A DNA stretch of 64,000 nucleotides from Euglena gracilis (Eukaryota), in assembly GCA_039621445.1 (NCBI GenBank), contig CP154954.1, forward strand, positions 7,938,634 through 8,002,633, written 5' to 3'. The notes beneath the pieces are model-generated. The model did not search any database. It had not been told where the DNA came from and saw only the letters and a list, made by a program, of their open reading frames with translations. Shown here piece by piece: positions 54,339 through 64,000 of the stretch. Made by a program: the position numbers and the translations under genes. The first letter of the stretch is position 1. Each line of letters begins with the position of its first letter.

Positions 54339-55311
54339 AGTGTACGTCCAACCTTTCCTTGTTTTAGCCCTTGGGTGCACAAAAAGGTAAAAGTTGGAGT
54401 AACGGAGAAAAAATTATAAAAAATTGAAGAGCCCTTTTCCCCAATAAAGAGGCAGAGCACAAAGCAGGCGAAGGATCCCTATGGGCTGCAACAAAGAATG
54501 CCAAGTGACTTGGCTGTACTTTCCGGATTTTTGAAAACAAATAAAACTTGAAATCAAGTGAAGTCAAGAATAAAAAAAATAGAATATAATACCACCTGTG
54601 GAGAGGAGAACCAGAACAAGTTTTTGCTCTATGGAGCTAGGTATTCCTAATCCAGGCCGTTGGCCATCTTTAGGAATAAGACCTAGCATAGTACTGTGTA
54701 TGGGGCTCAGAACTATATCTGACCGCAGGCTTATACCTACATACACAGTATCATGGCCTTACGGCTGCCTGGTACACAACAAGCTCGTAATACATACAGC
54801 GCTATGCTTTTGATGGGTTTGGTGGGCTGAGATTCTACACGCTGTTGACCCCTTACAAGATGCTTTGGAACAAAAATCTGGAGAAGTATGGGGCATTTTG
54901 GGCTCCGCTCCCAATCCTCCTGGGGCTGGTAAAGGCGCCTATGCCCAATGATATTTGTACATTGCGAACACAACTTATTTTTTGCTCACAAATACTCTGT
55001 TTCTACAGATCTTCATACCTGGCACAGGTCAAACGAACCACAAGCGTGTTGAGTAGGGCACCGTTCATCAAAATTAAGCACAAAGGCCAAAAAATCCACA
55101 AGGTTGTGTCCATACCCAGTGCCCACAAATAAGCCCCTTTCATTTTAATGATGTGTTATGTGGTGGCCACACGTTTATTCGTGAGATCTGGGGGCCCCTC
55201 CTGATTTCATTGAAACCCTCCTCCAGAGCCAAAAGTGCAGACACCATTGCTTCTATCACAAAATAATTTTTGTCCAAACATGGGGTAACCCCCCAGGTGT
55301 GGGGGGCCCAC

Positions 55312-56331
55312 TGTATGTAGGTTTAGCAAACCGCTGTTGGACGGCCACGGGGCAGCTCATACTACTTGCCGTGGCTCGTCCGCTAGCGAGGGGTCACGCC
55401 CGTGGTAATCCTACCGATCAACGTTCGTCCACGTGCCCAGCCTCACGCGCCGATCGATCCCCGCGGTATGCCCTCTGCTCGTACGGGACGGATCAGGACT
55501 CACACGGCGGGACCTGGATCTTGAACCCACGACCTCCCGCGTCTGATCCCAGTGCCCTTACCGAATAAGCAACTCGAGCGATACTCGGCTTGGTACTACG
55601 CGCCGGCGACCTACCCCCGTAGGATCTTCCGTCTGCCGCACACTCCCCTCCCAAGAGCCTTACTACACTAGCTCACTGCGTCACTATGGCCGTGGCCCCT
55701 GCATCTCGGGTTATGCCTCACACGGCCCTAGTCGGCTGAGTGCCTCTCACGAGGACTGCGTCACCAGGCTGCCGACCGCTGCAGCTCGGGTTTACTGTTG
55801 CCGGAAGTTTACGTGTTGTCGACTTCCACGGGCTCTGCCGCCTTGGAGCGTCCTCCTTAGCATCGGCTTGAGGCTTTGGAACGGTGTAGGAGTTTCAGTC
55901 GCCCTAGACTCGGCGCGTCCGCCTCCGCCTTCCAGGCGCCGTGGGGTCAGGCTCTGATGTCCCGGTTCGTGTTGCATTAGACGGGTTCCCCTGCTACCAT
56001 GTATGTAGGTTTAGCCACCCGCTGTTGGACGGCCACGGGGCAGCTCATACTACTTGCAGTGGCTCGTCCGCTAGCGAGGTGCCACGCCAGTGGTAATCCG
56101 ACCGATCAACATTCGTCCACGTGCGCAGCCTCACGCGCCGATCGATCCCCGCGGTATGCCCTCTGCCCGTACGGGATCGATCAGGACTCACACGGCGGGA
56201 CCTGGGTCTCGAACCCACGACCTCCCGCGTGTGAGCCCAGTGCCTTACCGAATAAGCTACTCGAGCGATACTCGGCTTGGTACTACGCGCCGGCGACCTA
56301 CCCCCGTAGGATCTCCCGTCTGCCGCACACA
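55312..56331 (-). mobile_element. TRIM (non-autonomous LTR element, 1020 bp) with tRNA-derived LTRs
   Basis: Direct repeats 55312-55642 and 56000-56331 (TGT...ACA); PBS TGGTAGCAG adjoining 56000; PPT GGGAGGGGAG at 55643-55652; 5-bp TSD CCCAC / CTCAC; non-coding interior. Confidence 0.9.
56194..56266 (-). promoter_or_regulatory. tRNA-derived segment with Pol III A and B boxes inside the TRIM LTR (second copy 55506-55579)
   Basis: GCTCGAG TA GCTT ATTCGGTA AGGC A CTGGG CTCACAC GCGGG AGGTC GTGGG TTCGAGA CCCAG: tRNA spacing, D and T arms pair, CAC at the anticodon position; acceptor and anticodon stems broken. Confidence 0.75.
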
Positions 56332-57342
56332 CTCACTCCACCAGAGCGGCAGGAGTTGGTTTACTCAAAAAATTGGGGATTTCTGCCCAAGAGGTTTGTG
56401 AAATTGGCCAGTGGTGGGGGGTGGATGCTTTTACAGGCCATTATCAACGACTTGGGGCCCAGGGTGCTCTTGGAAATGCCCTGTTCCCCCAGTGAACAAT
56501 CCGGCCTCACTAGAGCAAAGTGAGGACCCCGGGGTGTCTCGTACTCTCTCAAGGCAAACCGTTCATCACTGTACATTGTCATTGATGACATCTTTGAAAT
56601 TGTAATTACAGGTCCTGGTGCTGAGCCGTGAGGCACGGCCTTCGAGAACTTCCAGGTGGAGCATCGAGATGAGCCTTGAGGCACGTAATGGAGAACCAGA
56701 TGGTGGTTATTTGTGGTTTTGGTGGTCATTTGCTGTTGTTGACATTACAGTAGGTTTGCATAATCGCTGGGTTGTGAGTTCACCTACCGTTTACGAAAAA
56801 ACTCTCGCCGTTTCGTTTGGCAATTGGTGCTGCCATGTGCTGGCGTTCTGCGGCAGAAGGTGGTTACTTTCATCCGTTTTACTTCGTCTTCAACTTCTTC
56901 TTGTCGTGTTCCAAGTGGCTCATCAAGATGTTCAACGTGGGATAAAGGTCTGTCCTATGTCGCTCCGAATGCTGGGTAAATTGTGGACAATTTTTCTGAG
57001 AAGGAGGGTGAGAGCAGACATCAAAGTATTCCAGAATCTGTGATTGCAATCTGAAATTAGGCATGGCTAGAAAAGATATTTCGCCCATTGAAAATTCTAC
57101 TTGGCTTTTTCACATTGGTACGGCAAACAGTGCATCACTTTGTAGTAGTTGTATCTGGCAAGGTCTTGGATTGCATGTGTTGGGAAGTGTGGAAGGGATT
57201 TGGAGAATTGAAGTTCAAGGTTCTACTCTGGCAGATTGCCATGGGAGGTTGATGGGAAAGGCTTTTCTAGGTTGCTTGCCCTGGGGGCCTCGCCCACGTG
57301 GTGGGGAAAGTTGAGTTGTGTTTGATGTACTCACCCATGTAG

Positions 57343-57733
57343 CCTAAACCCAAAAAATAAACTCCCCCGGTTTATTATTTGGACACCCGAAGTCGGGGTC
57401 CAGGAGGAGGTTTATTATTTGGGGGGGGGGTTTATTATTTAAGCAAAAATTTCGAAGTCATAAATCAACCCAAAAAACCCTCAACGGGCTCCAATGCTCA
57501 CTTTTTTGGCAATTTTGGGCTTTTTTGAAAATTGGGTTTTTTTTTGGCGTATTCTGTGCACCAATTTGATCAATTTTTGTGATTTTTGTGCCGCTTTCTT
57601 GCAAATTTTGACTCTTTTTTCTTTGCCATCACACCTAACACAGGGGGGGGGGGTTATTTTTTGGGCCGCCGAAGTCGGTCCTCGGGGGGGGGGGTTATTT
57701 TTTGGGGGGTTTATTATTTGGGGGAGGGGTTTT
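57343..57733. mobile_element. Second, diverged copy of the 49995-50416 MITE
   Basis: Colinear similarity (CCCGAAGTCGGGGTCCAGG, GGCCGAAGTCGGTCCTC, TTATTATTTGGGG). Confidence 0.7.
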
Positions 57734-60175
57734 CAAGGGGCAAGAAGCCACGTCGCCAAGTCGGAGCAGCATCGTCATCCAACTCGGGCGAGGCGACACT
57801 CAGCGGGGACTCCTAACCCAACGCACCACGAACGATCCAAACAACACCGCCGGCGAACAAGGCATGGCCTCACAAGGTCGTTGTGCTTTGCCCTCGGTGT
57901 CCCTTCCTCCTTGTCGGTTAACCTCGAGGGAGTACGGGGCGTTAGGTTCAAAAAATGACCAAGCGCATTTTTTGTCCTTGGGTATAGCGCCCCTTTGCCT
58001 TTCATAAGCTTTTCCGAAGCGCCAGTCTTTTTTACAAGCAAAACATTTCCCATCGAAAAGGGGCCACAAAACTGACGGCCCACTGATCGAGAAACGACTG
58101 ACCATGGCGCGAAAAAAATTCCATAGGGAAGACATTGTTGTTCCAACTCGAAAATTGCCCAGAGCGGAGCGTTGAAAATTTTACAGGAATTGGCGCTGTG
58201 TGAGTGACATGGACATCCCTCATCTTAAACAAACCTGCCCGGCCCAGGTCCGGGGGATGGTCGGGTTGACTTGATGGGCTGGGCGGTCCCAGAAGGCCCA
58301 AATAAAGCTGGGTTGGCTTTCTTTTTCAGCCAAAACTGAGGTCCCCAAACCCCGGAGGGAATGTTTTCATGCTTTTAAAAAAAAAGTTGGTTTTTCTTCA
58401 GGTTCCCGTTCCATTTTTTTGAAAAGTCCAACCGATGAATTTGAGGATGGAGCCTCAAGAGGGTCTGAAACTCTTTTTCGAACTGCGCGGGATACCCTAT
58501 CAAGTTAACCATCACAACGGTGCCGAAGGCGTTGCTTTCAAGAGAGGGAGAACCAGGAAGTCCACCAATCTCCTCACAAATCGTCAAAAAAGGGGGTTTA
58601 GAAATAATGCCAGAGCACTGCACCATACACTGGAACTCCTTGCACGCAGAACAGTGAACAAAGGTAACCTTTCGAGAGACCAAATAATGCACCAGACTGA
58701 TGAGAGCTGGAAAAGGAGGTTCACAAAGCAACGCAAATTATTGTTGCAACAGGATGCCGATACAGAGCGTCGAGCAGTAAGGTGGCAACCAGCAATTGGG
58801 GATTTACTTTGTCAAATTAGTTTGCGTTGGAACGTGTCGGCCGCCGGCTTTCGCAGGCAGCCAAAAATTGCCAGAAAGCGCATATTACAAAGTCGCGGGT
58901 AACAGCCAATCAGTTAGAGAAACCCGCGACTTAAATTGGAAGCGGGTCAAATTTCTAAGCGCCTTCAAATTTATCATTTTTCACAGAAACTTGAGGGGTT
59001 TTCCCCATTATTTGGCAAAGAGGAAATATATTGAATTGGATTTGATCAATCACATTGTTGAATTTGAATTGACAGTTACATTGTTGGTCATTACATTGTT
59101 GGTGGAGTTGTTGAAGTCAATTTGGTATTGAAATCAAGAAGGAGACCCTACAACACCGCCACCCTCACCGCCGCTTCTATTCCCTATACCCCTCTTCCTT
59201 GCCCCAGGTTGTTTTTTTCATCACATTCAGTCACTCTCACAGATTTCCAACAGTGTCATTGCTTCTCCAGTGGGTTGGAATTCATTTCAGAATTCAGTGG
59301 TTTGGTTTTTCCTTCAAGGTGTGCAAGAGAGTGTGAGAGAGAGAAAGAGAAAAAAGTGAGATTTCAGAGAGAAAAGTTCTATTTCATTGCAAATGGCAGA
59401 TTTTTCGGTGTTCACCAAATTTTCAGAAAACATTAAAAAAACGATCCTACCCACCGGCAGGGGTTGGGGAAAATACCTGAGTGAAACAAACGGGGGTTGG
59501 CTTGAGCCCACCAACCCTCGGAGAAAGCGCAGGCCCCACCCCGGAAACACCCACCCCCCGGCTGTTGGTGGTTTTCCACGACGGCGAGGACCCCCCGGGC
59601 GCTCGGCCCACCGGGACTCGCCGGTCGCGGGGGCGACCGGCGGCGCACAGGGGGTGGGGCCGGCGAACATGGTCGCAGATGTTTGTTCTGCTGGCTCTGC
59701 CAGCAGAATCATTGAGGATTTTTCAGATTCGGTGAACATCGTGGCAGAGGTTTGTTCCACTGGCTCAGCCAGCAGAATCAGTGCAAAGTTTTCGGATTCG
59801 GCTGACATCGCAAGCAAAGGTTCTTTCACTGACCCAGTCAGTGAAAATTTTCCAGAGACGGTCGACACGGTCACAGAGATTTGTTCTGGTGGCTGTGCCA
59901 GCAGAATGGTGCACGAGGACAGTTTCATCATCCCTGTGGTCTGTGAATTTTCAGAAGAATCTGCAGAAATCTGCTCGTTTCCCGGCCACATTTTCTGAGA
60001 TATGTGGCAGAAATCTATTTTCAGAACGAAAAGGAAACTGAATTTTCTGCAGCCCAGTTTTCAGAACCTGTGGCATCATTGCAAATCATGAGCTGTTAAC
60101 ACAGAGTTCAGAAATCGCAGTCAGCACAGCAGATGAAGAAAAGACAATGAAAAGTTTGTAAGAAAGAAAAGACAG

Positions 60176-60505
60176 TGTGCTTTGAGTTCGGAGCTATGGG
60201 GGGTTTTGTTTTTGGTCTTGGGGTTGTTTTCTTTGGTTGTTTTGTTGTGTGTTTTGTTTTTTTTATGCTTGTTGTCTTTTCTTTTTGGGGGTTTTTGTTT
60301 GGTTTTTTGGGTTTCGTTTTGGGTTTTGGTTGGGGTGTGGGGGGGGTGCTGTTTGTTGTCTTTTTTTTTGGTTTGGGTTTTTGTTAGTTGTTTTGTTTTG
60401 GTTTTGTTTTTTTTTTTGTTGGGTTTTTTTGTGTTTGGTGTGTTTTTTTGGGTTGGGGTTTTTTGTTTGGGGTTTTGGTTTGTTTGTATTTTGTTTTGTT
60501 TTGTG
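60176..60505. repeat. T/G low-complexity tract
   Basis: About 330 nt almost devoid of A and C. Confidence 0.9.
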
Positions 60506-60516
60506 GCTGAGATATC

Positions 60517-63500
60517 TTGTCCCAGCCCAAGACTTCACAGGTTTCAGCCCAGCCCAGCCAGTTGCGGATGGAGTCATCTGTCCCAGCAATCATGGGGCCA
60601 GCCCAGATGACTTCACAGGTTTTTCAGCCAGCCCAGCAGTTTTCGGCTGAGTCATCTGTCCCAGCAATCATGGGGCCATCCCAGATGACTTCACAGGTTC
60701 TTCATCCAGCCCAGCAGTTTTCGGCTGAGCCCTCTGTTCCAGCAATCATGGGACCAGCCCAGATGCATGGGCAAGTTTTTCAGCCAGCGTTAACAGTGTC
60801 TTCAAACACAGGCCCAGCCCAGATTTTCCAGCTAATTCAGCCAGATTTTCCACAGACCCAGCCACAGAATTTACAGCCAAACACCAGTTCTTCTGCAGAA
60901 ACTGGGTCCGAAAACCCTGAAAATCAGCATGATGTGGAAATGGAATCGGGCTATGGCCAGTCCGATGATGATTGGAACAATTGGGGTGAAGAAATCAGTT
61001 GCAAAATTGAATGTTTACATTGCAGACTTTTGGTGCAGGAAGGAAAAAAATCCTGAGAAAACGGCTGAAAATCTGGTGGGGGAGGCAGAAAACAGGCTAA
61101 ATCAGGCATTGGCCATGTCACAGGGGCAGACATTGAATCTGGTCAATGAGGCATTGGGCATGCATGATCAGCAAATGGCGGATCACATTGCCATGGTGAA
61201 ACGTGAAATTCAGGCTGAACTGAGTGCAACCATAAACGACTTGCTTTTGCAGTTTCAGCAAAATGGTGAAATGGTGCAAAATCTGGCCCAATGCCAAAGA
61301 CATTTGTTGAGTGTGGAAATGGAACGGCAGTTTGCTGAAAAAGTGAAGAAAGTGGAGGATGGAGTAAACACGTTTTTTGAGACCAAGGTTGAGGGGTTGA
61401 CAAAAAATGAGAGGGATTTTTCTCAGAAGCTGTCGTTTTTGGAAAAATCTGTGGGGGAGATGCATGTGGCGGTGCAACAAGTTGGGGAGAAGGAAAAACA
61501 GCAGGAAATTGCTGTTAATCAGGTCAAATCTGCAGTCGGTGAGCTAAGCTCTGGTCTGGAGGGACGCTTTGGGACCATTTTTCAGCAATGCAAAAGTTTG
61601 GAGGAGACTGAGTGTGCCAATTTTCAGGCACAGGCTGAGAAATTGAAGGAATTTTCACAGTCCCTGGAGCGAGAGAGCAAAGCTCTGAATGATCGTTTGG
61701 GGAGGTTGGAGAATTTTCTGGGTCGGAAAGATTTTCCCATTGAGAAAGTCTCTGCCCTGATTAACAAGAGTGAGGAAACAATTCGGTTGGAGGTGCAAAG
61801 GGAGTTGGGGCTGCAAACGAGAAAGCATTTGGAGGTGATTATCAGTGAAATGTTGCACGAAAGGTTGAGGCTGAGTGAAAGGGAGAGGCAGTTTGAGAAA
61901 GTTCGGGCCGAAATGGAAAACTCGATGAAACAGCAGGTTGGAGTTTTACTGCAACAGCAGTGCGTTGAACTTCGAAAAGAACAGCAGGAGCGGAAAAAAT
62001 TGAAACAAAAGCTGGATTTATTTCAGGCTGAGATTTTGGTGATGAAAAATCAGCAAGCTGAATCTGCCAAATCTGCGACAGTGGATCTGACAAAGGAAAC
62101 GAGAGAAAAATCAGCTGGAAACCCAGAAATCGACGAGTTTGATCTTTTTGGTTGCAATGATTTACCTGTGATCGAGAAAAATCTGGTTGAAATTGAAGAC
62201 TATGAATACGCTGAACCAGGGTCACATGCGACACATGTCAGGCAGGTTTGTGCACGACCTGTGGGGGCAGTGCCTGCAGGTGCAGGGCTGGTTTCATCAA
62301 ATGCAGTGGTAACGCATCAATTGATGAAAAACCTGGTAGCTCCAAATTTTTCTGGACAGCCAAAAGACTGGTCGTCCTTTGTGCGGGATTGGGATCAATA
62401 TGTCAGGACGTTGGTTATTTTGCAAAATGGACATGTGTCTGATTCACTCAAACTTCGGCTTTTTGCAATGACGCTGGACGACACAAATAAAAAGGAATTG
62501 CAATCCCGAATGGAATTCAACCGAAAAACATCTTTCGACGAGGAATTTGACAGGATTGACGGGAAAATGCTGGAACTCAGTCCGACTGTGCCAGAAAAAA
62601 ATGGAATGATGTCCACCTTGTGAACCAAGGGAAAATTACTGTACGGGAATGGCAAGACTTTGTCATAAATTTCAAAATGGCCTGGAGACAGGTGAAAAGC
62701 GCCACTGACGATGAGGCAGAAAGACTGGTCAAAGGAAAACTGCCAAATTTCATTTTGCATTGGGTCGCCGATGAGGAGGAAAGGAAATCAACGTGTGGAC
62801 CGAAAGTCAAAATGTACCCTGGAGTGCCAGCAACGGAGGAAAACATTATTTGTGCTGTGGAACGTGTCACTGGGGAAAAGCCCTGCAAGGTTTCGAAAGT
62901 TTCACCGCTGGAGTTCGAAGTCTTTTTGCCCTATACTACGATTTGCTACAAACTGAAAGAGGTCAGTGTGAAACCAATCACAGGCACGGATAAAAGAATC
63001 AAAATTGTGGAGGAACAGTCAAAAATGTGAGCTGAAGAAATTTTCCGTTTTGTTGAGCGAAAATTGTCATCCAGGGATAATCAAGACATGTTACACAGTT
63101 CCGGAGAGCCAAATGGGTCCGGAAACCGGAGGGCCAGGACTGAAAAGGCAGATCGGGCCAAGGGGTCCAGGACACCCTCCCCAGCACGGTCAGCAAAGGG
63201 GGGCGAAACGGTGGTAAAACCGTCCGTTGAAAAATCAGATTCACAGGTGGCAGCTCCGGCGACCGATGCAAACGCGAACCCCCAAGTGCAAAATCCAGTG
63301 CCAGTGGTTCGATCACAGTCATATTCACCCCCCCAGCAATCTCAATTTGGCAATGGGGGTGGATGGAGAAACGATTCTGGGAGGAATTCCAATGCCAATG
63401 CCAATTTTCAGGGAAATCAGTGGTGGCACTCAAATCAACAGAATTTTGATTCACAGTTTGGTGGTGGCAAAGGCAAAGGCAAAGGAAAGGGCAAAGGAAA

Positions 63501-63606
63501 CAATTCTTGGGGGAAAGGAAACAATGGAAATGACTGGTCTAGGGGAAAGAGCCAAGATGGTGGAAAAGGCAAAGGCAAAGGAAGGGGGAAAGGAAACCGT
63601 TGCTAG
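60517..63606 (+). pseudogene. Gag-like ORF of a retroelement (two frameshifts at A runs, one internal TGA)
   Basis: 78-bp in-frame repeats at the N-terminus, long coiled-coil-like region, PNFSGQPKDWSSFVRDWDQYV capsid-like motif, GKGKG-rich basic tail, TAG at 63604-63606. Confidence 0.7.
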
Positions 63607-64000
63607 GATAGCCGGGGTGGACCGTTGGGGGCGGGGGCCGCCCCGGGCTCACATACCCAGCCCCACACAAAGACATACACAAATCCCAGGTGGCATGAAA
63701 AATCTCGTGCGAGTGAAACCACGATGAAAAATCTGCCATCCCAGGAGATCTCTGCACAAGGTGTGTCCAGTGTGTCGGGTGCGTGCCTGCGTGACGTGCA
63801 AATCTGTGACTCGGCCCAAATCTGTAAAGAATCAGACCTCATAAGAGGTCGTGCACAGCCTTCCGTAAGGAAAAGAGCTTTAGACTTTTTTTGCGGTAAA
63901 GGCTCGGTTGGGGATTGCCTGAGAGAGCAGGGGTTTAAGGTTGTGTCAGTGGACATAAACCCCAGATTTAACCCAACCCACTGTGCAAATATTTTGGAGT
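63607..64000 (+). CDS. Open frame after the gag stop; N-terminus of a C5 DNA cytosine methyltransferase-like domain (runs off the window)
   Basis: Manual translation: RKRALDFFCGKGSVGDCLREQGFKVVSVDINPRFNPTHCANILE = FxGxG motif I, a VVSVD strand and a motif III-like NI. Not in the ORF track because no stop is reached. Confidence 0.75.

Larger units (their letters stand above)
49370..54776 (-). mobile_element. 3'-truncated, decayed LTR retrotransposon (5' LTR, PBS, gag, protease)
   Basis: LTR candidate 54341-54776 (TGTAC...GTACA); PBS at ~54313-54338; gag fragments 50460-53930 with CFLCNQSVHMSRKC zinc knuckle; protease-like KILVETGC near 49790. Second LTR not found. Confidence 0.75.
54780..56540 (+). 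pseudogene. Degenerate DIRS tyrosine recombinase interrupted by a TRIM
   Basis: ARNTYSAML..GLRF..WNKNLEKYGAFW..CFYRSSYLA..GAH|STRAAG..IGQW..HYQRLG aligns by eye with the 41951-43287 YR; partial ICR-like sequence at ~56503-56541. Confidence 0.85.
47105..57927 (+). mobile_element. Decayed second DIRS envelope containing nested insertions
   Basis: ITRs 47132-47214 and 57795-57877; ends resemble the first element; gag-like remnant ~47230-48400 (HGLWQTVVRK vs HGPWTAVVRK); YR remnant 54780-56540. Could be a composite of related copies. Confidence 0.75.

Noticed and set aside
55506-56266. Functional tRNA-Val genes
   Set aside because: Acceptor and anticodon stems do not pair, and both copies lie within LTRs.
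58375-58902. Overlapping 118-155 aa ORFs
   Set aside because: No recognisable motif, splice context or codon bias.

Overview
Eukaryotic, repeat-dense DNA, most consistent with a euglenid genome (inferred from an intron with the euglenid nonconventional signature). The only host gene is the 3' half of IFT52 (intraflagellar transport 52): seven short exons between 24815 and 40240, split by five GT-AG introns and one apparently nonconventional stem-forming intron. The first ~23 kb are two satellites: a 151-bp array, and a 50-bp G-rich array carried inside a 9.6-kb CAGGG-TIR element with an 8-bp TSD. Downstream of IFT52 is a nest of retroelements: a near-complete DIRS1-type element; a decayed DIRS envelope containing a truncated LTR element and a ~1-kb TRIM whose LTRs carry a tRNA-derived Pol III promoter; and, at the right edge, a gag-like ORF continuing past a UAG plus predicted pseudoknot into a C5 cytosine-methyltransferase-like domain. 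All protein calls come from motif recognition by eye, not database searches.
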